Source: a virus
Taxonomy: Duplodnaviria > Caudoviricetes
Length of the DNA: 44,389 nt
IMG/VR virus record: IMGVR_UViG_3300048611_000042
Coordinates: 1-44,389 of that record
Reading direction: 5' to 3' (one strand)
Part shown: piece by piece, positions 9,218 to 18,600 of the stretch
Layout of the letters: each line of letters begins with the position of its first letter
Position numbering within the stretch: the stretch's first letter is position 1
The notes under the pieces: generated by a model
What the model was told of the DNA's origin: nothing
Databases searched by the model: none
What the model saw: only the letters and a program-made list of their open reading frames with translations
Position numbers and translations under genes: made by a program

Positions 9218-9568
9218 ATGGCAGCAGACATCACCAAGTCCGCCCAGCACATCCTGGAGCAGTTGGTCCTCACCGCGGGCATCTCCAGCGTCACGGTCGT
9301 CACTGGACAGGCCGTGGTGGTCCCGTCCGTCGGCGACGCCGACACGGGTCAGGTCATCGAGACGGAGACGACCGCCTTCGGGGGAGTCCTGGTGGGCGAC
9401 ATCGTGCTCGCTTTCCCCGAGGAGGCCCTGCCCACCGACTGCAACTACACGGGCGCCTACGTCGTGGACGACGATGACATCGCGTTCACATTCTCGGCAC
9501 AGGACGGTGCGGTGACGGGAGCCAGCAAGGACTTCACCGTCATCATCCTCCACCGCCAGCAGGCGTAG
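9218..9568 (+). CDS. Putative capsid decoration protein
   Basis: Position after MCP; beta-rich; SD AGGAG. Confidence 0.6.
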   Translation: MAADITKSAQHILEQLVLTAGISSVTVVTGQAVVVPSVGDADTGQVIETETTAFGGVLVGDIVLAFPEEALPTDCNYTGAYVVDDDDIAFTFSAQDGAVTGASKDFTVIILHRQQA

Positions 9569-9570
9569 TC

Positions 9571-9975
9571 GTGGCAGTGACCTGGGCGGCGTCAACGCCG
9601 CACCTGACCGCGCAGCGGCTCGCGAACGCCAACTACGGAGCCAGCGGCTCCGACACGGCTGCCGTGGTCCCCTGGGCGGACAACCACAGGGCCGTCATCA
9701 CGAAGTTGACTGCCACGGGCACCTACTCGACGGGCGGAGACGCGTTCACGCCGTCGTCCGTCGGACTCGTGGAGGTCCACGCCGCGTACATGCTCATCGA
9801 GGCGGGGGCGAACCGTCGCCCCAGCATCGACTCGGGAGCGGCGCAGGGAACCCCCGCGTTCAACGTGGCCGACCCGAAGGCGCCGAAGATCCAGTACTTC
9901 GACGACGGGGTGGAGACGGCCGCGGGCGGGACGCTCACGGGCGACGTGTTCCACGTGATCCTCGTCGGGGTCTGA
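9571..9975 (+). CDS. Putative virion structural protein
   Basis: Position; TYSTGG...SVGL pattern seen in head-associated proteins. Confidence 0.6.
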   Translation: MAVTWAASTPHLTAQRLANANYGASGSDTAAVVPWADNHRAVITKLTATGTYSTGGDAFTPSSVGLVEVHAAYMLIEAGANRRPSIDSGAAQGTPAFNVADPKAPKIQYFDDGVETAAGGTLTGDVFHVILVGV

Positions 9976-10235
9976 TGGCGCGCACCAGCGCGATCGAGTC
10001 GACCGAGGGCTTCGTCCCGTACCACGGCGCCCCCGAGGGTGCCGTGCCCTACCACGCACTCGACGGTCGGCCGATGGTCCCTGGCGGCGACATCCCGCAC
10101 GTCTCGGACACGCCCTGGAAGCCGTCGTACCACGACCTGCCCCAGTGCAACGGCACGTCGCGCGTGACGCGACGCCGCTGCGGATCGAAGGTGCAGCCAG
10201 GCGAGGAGTTCTGCGAGCACCACAGGGAGCAGTAA
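9975..10235 (+). CDS. Hypothetical protein with C-terminal Cys3His motif
   Basis: QCNGT...RC...FCEHH. Confidence 0.65.
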   Translation: MARTSAIESTEGFVPYHGAPEGAVPYHALDGRPMVPGGDIPHVSDTPWKPSYHDLPQCNGTSRVTRRRCGSKVQPGEEFCEHHREQ

Positions 10236-10238
10236 CCG

Positions 10239-10922
10239 ATGGCGGACCAGACGGTGCAGAGCGCACGAGACTTCGTGCGCCTGTACCTCGACACCGACAC
10301 CGAGGAACTCCCCGACCAGTTGCTCGACGTGTTCTTCGACCAGGCCCTGACGCGCATCGACCGCGCCTCGCGCCGCTGGCGCTTCTACGAGGCGGAGTTC
10401 GCGCTCGCCACCGTCGCCAGCACCCAGTCGCACACTTTCGCGTCGATCGACGCGACGCTGCAGGACGTCACCACGGTCCAGGGCCAGAGGTGGCAACTGG
10501 AGCCCCTCTCCCACGAGATCGCCCAGCGCAAGTACGCGTTCTTCATCGGCGAGCAGGAGCCCATGTTCTGGAGCACCTACGCCGACACGCTGTACCTGTG
10601 GCCCACGCCTGGCGACGCGTACTCCCTCGTGGTCCGCGGGTACAGGAAGATGACGCGCCCCGCCGACGCTGGCGCCGCGTTCGACTTCCCCGAGGACTTC
10701 CACCCGCTGGTCCTGGAGTACGCGCTCGCGCGCGCGTACGAGCAGCAGGACGACGACGTGATGTCGCAGCAGAAGTTCCTGCGCTTCGAGCAGGAACTCG
10801 CCGAGTTGAAGACCCGCTGGGAGACGCCGCCGAGCGGCGGCACCGTCCTCGGCGCGGGCACACGGCGTACGCCGTGGCACGGACAGGACCTGCCCTCCAG
10901 GCTCCTCTACGACTTCGAGTGA
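10239..10922 (+). CDS. Head-to-tail adaptor (tail tubular protein A-like)
   Basis: LYLWPTP...FPEDFHPLVLEYALARAY motif; position. Confidence 0.8.
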   Translation: MADQTVQSARDFVRLYLDTDTEELPDQLLDVFFDQALTRIDRASRRWRFYEAEFALATVASTQSHTFASIDATLQDVTTVQGQRWQLEPLSHEIAQRKYAFFIGEQEPMFWSTYADTLYLWPTPGDAYSLVVRGYRKMTRPADAGAAFDFPEDFHPLVLEYALARAYEQQDDDVMSQQKFLRFEQELAELKTRWETPPSGGTVLGAGTRRTPWHGQDLPSRLLYDFE

Positions 10923-10926
10923 CGCG

Positions 10927-11292
10927 ATGACGGCCACCCTCACCGAGAAGGTCTGCACGCGCTGCACCCGACACCTTCCAGTCGACGACTTCAACCGCGG
11001 GGCACGCTTCGGCGACGGCCTCCAGCCGTGGTGCAAGTCCTGCCAGCGGGCACAGAAGGCGGAGGCGCGCTACGGCGTCACCGACCTCGAAGCACTGCTG
11101 GCTCAGGGCTGTGCTGCATGCGGAGCGACGTCGTCCAGGGGCAAGCGCAAGACCCTACAGATCGACCACGACCACGAGACGGACAGGTTCCGCGGAATCC
11201 TGTGCGGCGGGTGCAACAAGGCCCTCGGGATGCTGGGGGACGATCCCGACCGAGTGCTGGCCCTGCTCGCCTACACCCTGACCTGGGAGTGA
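10927..11292 (+). CDS. Endonuclease VII-family (HNH-like) endonuclease
   Basis: CTRC..CKSC zinc finger then CAAC...IDHDH..FRGILCGGCNKALG. Confidence 0.9.
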   Translation: MTATLTEKVCTRCTRHLPVDDFNRGARFGDGLQPWCKSCQRAQKAEARYGVTDLEALLAQGCAACGATSSRGKRKTLQIDHDHETDRFRGILCGGCNKALGMLGDDPDRVLALLAYTLTWE

Positions 11293-11295
11293 GCC

Positions 11296-12903
11296 GTGGC
11301 TAGAAGGGCAGTGCAACTCTGGCCCATCTCGTCGTGGCATGGCGGCCTGAACCTCCGCGACGACGCGTTCCAGATCAGCGAACACGAACTCTCCGACGCC
11401 GAGAACATCGTCGTCTTCCCGCAGGGTGGGATCGAGCGCCGACGCGCGCTCGACACCTTCTCCGTCTCGGGCCTCACCGTGGCCCCCGCGAACATCTGGC
11501 AGTTCCTCGGCGCTGGGGTCAGCCAGGTCGTGGTGCAGCACGGCAACGACGTCGCGTTCGCGACGTCTTCTGGCGCGTTCACCGTCTGGAACCCCGACGG
11601 GCTGACGACCGCAGGCGTGATGCGCGCTGCGGCCCTGGGCACCCTCACGGGCGCGGGCGCGCTGAACGTGAACGACGAGAGCCTGTACATCCAGCGCAAC
11701 GCCGAGCGCGCTGGGCTACGCTTCCGCGGCTCGGGCGCGGCGTCTGCCGTGCTGGCCGACGCTGCCGCCGCGTTCAACGATGACCTCACCGCCCCCGCGG
11801 GCGGACGCCTGCCCGTGGCCCGCTTCGTCGCGACGCACCTGAACTACCTGTGGAACGCGTACACGCTGGAGGGCGGCAACGCGCACAAGAACCGCGTGCG
11901 CTTCTCGCACCCTGGCGAGCCCGAGGACTACCGCACGAACGACTACCTCGACGTCGACTCGGGCGTCGACTCCGACGAGATCACGGGCATCGTCGCGTTC
12001 GGGGACCGCCTGTTCGTCTTCAAGCAGCGGTCCGTGTACGCGATCACGGGCTACTCGCCCGAGACGTTCGAGGTCTTCCCTGTCGTGCAGGGCGTCGGCG
12101 CCCCCTCCCAGGAGGCGATCGCAGTCTCGCGCTTCGGGCTCGCGTTCTACGACCCGATGCTCGGGGTCCACCTCATCACCCAGCGCGGCGAGGTGCAGTG
12201 GCTGTGGGCTCACTTGGCCGACGCGATCCAGGACGCGACGATCCAGGCGGGCTCGGTCGACGGGGTCACCGCGTGCTGGCTCGACGACCGCCTGTTCGTG
12301 AGCGTCCCGTGGGGCGCTGGGGCCACGTCCAACACGCGCACGTTCGTGTACGACCCAGTGCTGGGCAAGGGCGGCGCCTGGTACGTGTACACGTACGGCG
12401 TCGGCCCGATGCTCGACTGGCGCCCGTCCCTCACGCTTCAGCAGCACCTGGCGTGCTCGGGTGACACGTACATCCTGGAGGTCGAAGCGACCAAGGGCGG
12501 CGACGACGACATCGACGGCGTCGATACCCCGTTCGACTCATCGTTCACGACCGCGTGGTTCGCCGCGGGCAAGCCTGGCGTGCGGAAGCGGTGGCGTCGT
12601 CCGACGCTGATCGTCGACAACGACTCCACCGCGACGCTGAACGTCAAGGTCTGGCGCGACTACAAGACCACGACCCTCGCGCGCGAGTTCAACCTCGACA
12701 CGAGCGCGATCGCGGTGGGCATGGTGTGGGGCGACGACTGGGGCGGCAACTGGGGCGCTGGCACCGACGGCGACCAGACGATCAAGTCTGGCTCTGGCCT
12801 CGGGCGCGCCTACGCGATCCGCGTGAAGGTCACTGGCCCCGAGTCCACCCACTGGGGCCTCAACTCGATCGAGTTCCGCTACATCCTGCAGAGGATTCGC
12901 TGA
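11296..12903 (+). CDS. Tail nozzle / stabilisation protein (P22 gp10 or tubular B-like)
   Basis: 535 aa beta-propeller-like; WHGGLN..AENI...GGIERR start, RVRFSHPG, LFVFKQRSVYAI. Confidence 0.8.
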   Translation: MARRAVQLWPISSWHGGLNLRDDAFQISEHELSDAENIVVFPQGGIERRRALDTFSVSGLTVAPANIWQFLGAGVSQVVVQHGNDVAFATSSGAFTVWNPDGLTTAGVMRAAALGTLTGAGALNVNDESLYIQRNAERAGLRFRGSGAASAVLADAAAAFNDDLTAPAGGRLPVARFVATHLNYLWNAYTLEGGNAHKNRVRFSHPGEPEDYRTNDYLDVDSGVDSDEITGIVAFGDRLFVFKQRSVYAITGYSPETFEVFPVVQGVGAPSQEAIAVSRFGLAFYDPMLGVHLITQRGEVQWLWAHLADAIQDATIQAGSVDGVTACWLDDRLFVSVPWGAGATSNTRTFVYDPVLGKGGAWYVYTYGVGPMLDWRPSLTLQQHLACSGDTYILEVEATKGGDDDIDGVDTPFDSSFTTAWFAAGKPGVRKRWRRPTLIVDNDSTATLNVKVWRDYKTTTLAREFNLDTSAIAVGMVWGDDWGGNWGAGTDGDQTIKSGSGLGRAYAIRVKVTGPESTHWGLNSIEFRYILQRIR

Positions 12904-13553
12904 TGGCAACGCCCACGGTCACCTACCCGAACCTCGTCAACGGCGATCCGTCCGACGCTGACCAGGTCGACCAGAACTTCGCGGACCTCATCGCGTTCAT
13001 CACGAACGAGGTGATCCAGAAGGACGGGTCGAAGCAGATGACCCAGCAGTTGTCGCTGGTCGCCGCGGACCCGACCACCGCCAACCAGGCCACGCGCAAG
13101 TCGTACGTGGACACACTCGTGGCGAACGGACCCGCCGCGCTGCAGATCGCGACGAGTTCGCTCGCGAACGAGAACGGGGCGAACGCCGAGAACGTTTGGG
13201 ACGTGAACCTCACGGCGTTCTCGAACCCCTCGCGGGTCGTGACCGTGTTCGCCCTCGCCACAGGCTTCGTCGACTGCGGAGCGAACGTGGTGACGCATGA
13301 GAACAGGATCACGGCCGACATCTCGTTCGACAACGGGGGCACCTGGGACAGCGGCCCCGAACGGTTCTCGGCCGTCTGGAAGGAGGCGGGCGGCGATGCC
13401 GTGCAGATGGCGCCCGTGATCGGCACCCACGTCAAGGTCGGCACCCCCTCGGGCAACGTGCGGGTGAGGGCCATGGTCCGCACCGACGGCACGAGCCCAA
13501 CCTCCACCACGTGGAAGTCGGGGAGGCTCTACGCCCTGATGATCCCGTCCTGA
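12903..13553 (+). CDS. Tail fibre/spike-like protein
   Basis: TGATG start MATPTVTY; ADQVDQNFADL and PTTANQATRKSYVD fibre motifs. Confidence 0.7.
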   Translation: MATPTVTYPNLVNGDPSDADQVDQNFADLIAFITNEVIQKDGSKQMTQQLSLVAADPTTANQATRKSYVDTLVANGPAALQIATSSLANENGANAENVWDVNLTAFSNPSRVVTVFALATGFVDCGANVVTHENRITADISFDNGGTWDSGPERFSAVWKEAGGDAVQMAPVIGTHVKVGTPSGNVRVRAMVRTDGTSPTSTTWKSGRLYALMIPS

Positions 13554-13999
13554 TGGCCCGCTGGAGCACCATCCGACGGCGCTCGCGCGGCGATGACGCC
13601 GTGGACCGCATCGCGGTCGACGACTGGAACCTCGCCACCTACGCGTCGCCGTGGCAGAGCGACGGCACGGCAGGCCGCGGCCCCGCTCGGTACTGGCGCG
13701 ATCCGTGGGGCGTGGTTCATCTGGCGGGCGCCGTCGAGACGACGGCGGGCGTCACGGTTCCCAGTGCGATCTTCGCCCTCCCGAAAGGCTACCGCCCCGA
13801 CTACGACCTGCGCCTCACGGGCTGGATGCTCGTGGGCCTCGGCGCTCACGTGCCCGTGATCGACGTGCTGACCACGGGAGAGGTCCGCCTGGCGGGCCTG
13901 GGTGGCGCGGCCTCACCCGCAACCGTGGCCTTCCTGACCCTGGACATGATCTCGTTCCGTCAGGTGGAGGGCGAAGCCGACCTCCGTCTGCAGCGATGA
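13553..13999 (+). CDS. Minor tail/receptor-binding domain protein
   Basis: YWRDPWGVVHLAG...IFALPKGYRP. Confidence 0.7.
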   Translation: MARWSTIRRRSRGDDAVDRIAVDDWNLATYASPWQSDGTAGRGPARYWRDPWGVVHLAGAVETTAGVTVPSAIFALPKGYRPDYDLRLTGWMLVGLGAHVPVIDVLTTGEVRLAGLGGAASPATVAFLTLDMISFRQVEGEADLRLQR

Positions 14000-14000
14000 G

Positions 14001-14027
14001 ACTGGACGAAGTGGACAGTTAGTAATG
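14001..14027 (+). promoter_or_regulatory. Phage late-promoter-like motif, copy 5 (divergent)
   Basis: ACTGGAC-N17-ATG filling the intergenic gap; no SD. Confidence 0.5.
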
Positions 14028-14534
14028 ACCCCTGAGCAGATCGCGGCCCTGAGCCCCGAGCAGCAGCGCCAGTTCCTGGCCTGGACCACCGCCCAGCAGG
14101 GCGGGCTGGCACCCCAGCAGCCTGGGGCCACGGAGATCGCCTCGTGGGACTCTCGACGGCGCCAGACGAACCTCGGCTACAAGCAGGGGCTCGCCGAGAA
14201 CACCTTCCAGCGCCAGGGCGTGAACCTCGGCTATGGCGACGAACGGCGCCGTCTCGGCCGCGAGTTCGGACGATCGCGGCGCGCGATGCCGTACCAGGCG
14301 AACGCGCGGGGCCTGCTGCGCTCGGGCATCTACAAGCAGGGGCTTCAGGACTGGGGCCAGGACCGCACGACTGCCCTGTCGGGGCTCCTGCGCCAGCGCC
14401 AGCAGGCGCTCGGCGGGCTGGACCTCGGGCGTCAGCGCCTGGAGGAGAACCGCACGGGTTCCCTGGGTGACATCGACGCCCAGGAGGCCGCGCGCCGCCA
14501 GGAGTTGGCGGCGCGACTGAGGAGTTTCGCATGA
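14025..14534 (+). CDS. Putative internal virion (ejection) protein
   Basis: Gln/Arg helical; NARGLLRSG motif; first of three genes of increasing size. Confidence 0.6.
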   Translation: MTPEQIAALSPEQQRQFLAWTTAQQGGLAPQQPGATEIASWDSRRRQTNLGYKQGLAENTFQRQGVNLGYGDERRRLGREFGRSRRAMPYQANARGLLRSGIYKQGLQDWGQDRTTALSGLLRQRQQALGGLDLGRQRLEENRTGSLGDIDAQEAARRQELAARLRSFA

Positions 14535-15649
14535 GCAACGTCCTGAAGGGTGGCGGCGGCACGCGTCGCAAGCGCCCCAGCGGTCCCCTGTACGACCCCG
14601 ACGCGATCCGTCGGACCCAGGCGGGCCAGGTGCCTGGTGGGTCGGTCCTCTCGGGTATCGACGCGGGCTCGCGCGATGCCCTGCAGCAGCGGTACGACGA
14701 CCAGCAGTTCGAGCGGTGGATCAACGCACAGGCGCAGCCCGCTGGCGGCGGCCTCGGTGGTGGTGGCGGCGGCGGCGTCGGAGCCGCACCAGCGGGTCCT
14801 GGCTTCGTCGACCCCTCGGGCGACCAGATCGCGATGCTGAAGCGGCTCACGGCTGGTGCGCGCGGCGACATCTCGCGTCGTGGCGTGGACCTGGAGGAGG
14901 CGCTCGCGAAGTTGGGCGCCGACTCGACGGCGACGTCGAAGGAGATCAGCGCGGGCATCGCTGGTTCGCAGCAGCAGGCAGCGCAGGGCGCCCGCAGCGA
15001 CCTGGCGCGCACGATGACGGACCTGCAGACCCAGGGTGCGGGCGTGGACGGACTGCGTGCCGAGGCTGGCTTCCAGTCGGGCGCGATGGACCGCGTGGCC
15101 GCGGGCCAGGACGCGCTCGCGCGTCGGCTCGCACAGATCCAGCAGGAGGACATCGCCAACCGTTCTGCGAGCGCGAAGACCACGACCGAGGGCGCGCTGG
15201 GAACGCTCGACACGAACTCGGTGATGGCCGAGAACGAGATCCGCGCCGCGGCTGCCGCGATGGCAGCCGAGGCTGCCGCACGCCGCGCCAGTGGTGGCGG
15301 TGGCGGTGGTGGCGGTGGTGGCGACGGTGATCCGCTGTCGGCACTCGGCAAGATGCTGACGCTCCGCTCGAAGGTTGCCTCCGACAAGGAGAACTACAAC
15401 CCGACCGTCGACGCGTGGGGCGCGTTCGACAACTTCATCGACGACGCAGAGTCCGACCGCTCGCGCGAGGTCCTGTACGACTACTTCAACCAGGCGAGGA
15501 GCGCGACTTCCGCCGACGACATCAGGCGCCTCCTGGAGGGCGTGAACCCGCGCTACAACCGCGTGCGGAGCGCCCTGAACGAGATCCTGTCGGGCTACGA
15601 GCCCTCAGAGCAGACGAGCGCGCAGTTGAGGGCGCTCCTCGGCGGCTGA
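14531..15649 (+). CDS. Putative internal virion (ejection) protein
   Basis: Ala/Gly/Gln-rich helical protein with poly-Gly linkers. Confidence 0.6.
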   Translation: MSNVLKGGGGTRRKRPSGPLYDPDAIRRTQAGQVPGGSVLSGIDAGSRDALQQRYDDQQFERWINAQAQPAGGGLGGGGGGGVGAAPAGPGFVDPSGDQIAMLKRLTAGARGDISRRGVDLEEALAKLGADSTATSKEISAGIAGSQQQAAQGARSDLARTMTDLQTQGAGVDGLRAEAGFQSGAMDRVAAGQDALARRLAQIQQEDIANRSASAKTTTEGALGTLDTNSVMAENEIRAAAAAMAAEAAARRASGGGGGGGGGGDGDPLSALGKMLTLRSKVASDKENYNPTVDAWGAFDNFIDDAESDRSREVLYDYFNQARSATSADDIRRLLEGVNPRYNRVRSALNEILSGYEPSEQTSAQLRALLGG

Positions 15650-15650
15650 G

Positions 15651-18600
15651 TTGGCGTTCGACCTGCAGCAGGCGAGGACCATCCTCGCCCTGCTCGACGA
15701 GGCCGAGGGCCGCGCCGACGCGTTCGCCAAGCAGTCGAACGCTTCACTCGCGCGCCAGCAGGCGCGCCGCACGGCCGCGACGCCGTCCGCGCCGCGCCGC
15801 AAGAAGGGCGGGGGTGGCGGCGGGTTCTCGTTCGCGAGCCCGCTGATGACCGCGCTGGAGGTCCTCGATGCTCCGCGCGCTGCGGTGTTCTCGGGCGCCA
15901 AGGAACTCGCGGACGTCATCAGGCCACAGAGCGGCGAGAGCGCCTCGTTCCGCGATCTGGTCGAGCAGACGGTCGACAGGAAGAAGCGCATCTACGGCAG
16001 CGACGTCCTGTACGGCAGCGCCGAGAAGGGCATCGGCGGGGTCATCGACCGCGAGTCGACGCCTGGCTGGGCGCAGGGGGCCTCTGGCTTCGCCCTGGAC
16101 ATCGCCGCCGACCCCCTCACGTACCTGGGTGGCGCTGGCATCGTACGCCAGGGCGCGAAGACCACCGCGGAGGCCGTGGCCCGAGGTGGAACGCGCGCTG
16201 TCGCGAAGGAGGCGACGAAGCGCGGCTTCAAGGAGGGCGGCGACAAGATGCTCGCCGACTTCCTGCGCGAGATCGACGACGACGCACTGAACGCCCTGCA
16301 GTCGCGGGTCCACACGGCGACACAGCAGGCGCGGCGGAGCCCGCGACGCGTGAGCCCCGAGGACCTCAGCGAGTTCACTGGCGGGCGCGCACAGCGCGGC
16401 CTCACGTTCCGCGTGCCGTTCGTTGGCGAGTCGGTGGTGCCTGGCACGCAGTCGCGTGCGGCGCTGAAGTTCGGGGAGGGCTCCGCCCGCCTGAGCAACG
16501 CGCTGGGAGACGTTCTGAAGGGTCGCGGCGGGAAGCCGTCGGGCCTGGCGCGCGCCCTGGGCGGCGCGGACGCTGGCCTGAAGGCGGCGGCGCGCAGCGC
16601 ACCCGACGCCGAGCGCGCGTTCAAGGCGGTGTTCACGCTCGCACAGAAGGGGGCCAAGGGGGCGCGGGCGAAGGGCCTCATGGCCGAGTACGCCCGCGAG
16701 TTCACGAAGTTGTACCGCGACCTGGACGACGCCGAGCGCGCGGTCGCGATGCGAGCCCTGCGAGGCGACCCCGAGGCGGTTGCCCGCCTCGGCACCAAGG
16801 GCCAGGCGCTGCGCGGGTTCTACGACAAGATCCACGAGGGCCTGACCTCGGCGGGCGTCAAGGTGAACCGCATCGAGGACTACGCGCCGAACGTGCTCAC
16901 GCCCGAGGCGCGCGAGTTCTTCGGGCGCTACGGCGGCAGGGGCGGCTTCAAGCAGTTCTTCGAGCACGCCCGAACGCTAAAGCCTGGTGAGAACGTCCAG
17001 TTCATGGGCGAGACGTTCTCGGCGTCGAACAACGCCGAACTCGTGGACAAGGTCAACGACATCTTCGCGAAGGCAGCGCGGTCAAACCCCGACATCGCGC
17101 CCGAGATCGACGACGTGCGCGCGCTGTTCTTCTCCGACGACCTCGCAGACGTGACGGGCCGCTACATCCGCGGCGCGTCGAACCGCATCGCCCTGAACGA
17201 GGCCGCGCAGCGCCTCGCTGACGTCGGCCTGGGGGTCGCCTCGCGCGAGGGCGCGGAGGAACTCACGTCACTCGGCAAGGCGTACAAGCCACTGCTGGAG
17301 GCGGCACAGACCCGCGCTCAGAGCGGCGCCCGCGGCGCCGCCGACGAGGCCGCCGAGGTGGAGCGCCAGATCGACGAGATCCTGGCGGAGGTCGGCGAGT
17401 CTCGGAAGGGCCAACTGTTCGAGGACGCCGCGGGGAACCCGCTCGACCGTCCGCTCACGGACGCGCAGGAGCGCGCGTTCGCCTCGCTCGCCGCCGACAA
17501 GGCACGCAGCGCGCTCGGGCGAGCGCGAGCGCGGCTGGAGGCGTCCGCGCGCGCTGACACGGCGCGGGGGGTGCGCCGCGGGCGCGCCGCCACGATGCTG
17601 GAGCGCAAGATCACGGCGTCTGAGGAGCGCCTGCGGGTCCTGGAGGAACTGGCGAACAACCCAGCGGCGGCGAGTGACGTCGACATCGCCGCCGAGATCG
17701 CACGAGTCCAGACCACGATCGACAACCAGACCCGCTCGATTGGCCTGTGGGTCGAGCGTCGCCGCAACGTCCTCGACGAGGCCGCACGCGGCGAGCGCAC
17801 GGGCGTCGTGTCTGGCGAGATCGGCACCGAGTCGATGGGGCGGATCGGGGACCTGGACCTGGGGGTCGTGGCCCACCTGGAGCCCGAGGGCTGGCACGTC
17901 GTCCAGGACGCCGCCACGATCGAGGCAGTGGCGCAGGAGCACGCGGCTGCCATGGCCCACCTCTCCGAGATGCGCGACACCGTCGCGACGTTCCTCAACT
18001 ACAAGACAACGCTGGGGCAGCCGAACGACCGCGGGCAGACCCTGGAAGTCCTCCGCCAGATGGCGCAGGACCTGAACCTGAACCCGACTCGGGCCACGGA
18101 CCCGCGCGAGATCCTGAGTGGGCGCGAGCAGTGGGCGCGGAGCCTCGTGGACGACCCCCGAGAGCGCGCTGCGGTCGTGAGGCGCATCGAGAAGAACCTG
18201 CGCGAGGCGATCAAGGAGACGGACGAGATCGTCGAGGTTGCGGCCAAGAGCCGCAACCTCGCCTTCGAGGACTCCGTGCTCCGCCAGGACTACGGCGTCC
18301 CCGTGGCCCCGCTGTACCACGGCACGTCGAACGCGTTCCCTGGCGACGTCGCCAGGAACCGCACGGGCGGCACGTTCGAGAACCTGCACGGCCCTGGCTT
18401 CTACACGACCGACAACGGTCGCGAGATCCTGGTCGGCGAGCGCGCTGGCTTCTCGCCTGGCGAGGGCTACGTGAGCAAGGGCCTCGACGACAAGGTCGAC
18501 GAACTCCAGGGGAACCCGACCGCGTACGGCTACGAGCCCGCGGACCCCGACGCGTTCATGCTGGACCTCGACGAGGTCGGCGTCGAGTCACTACTCGACG

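Noticed and set aside
14750-15325. GGTGGC tandem repeats
   Set aside because: Encode poly-Gly linkers in a virion protein
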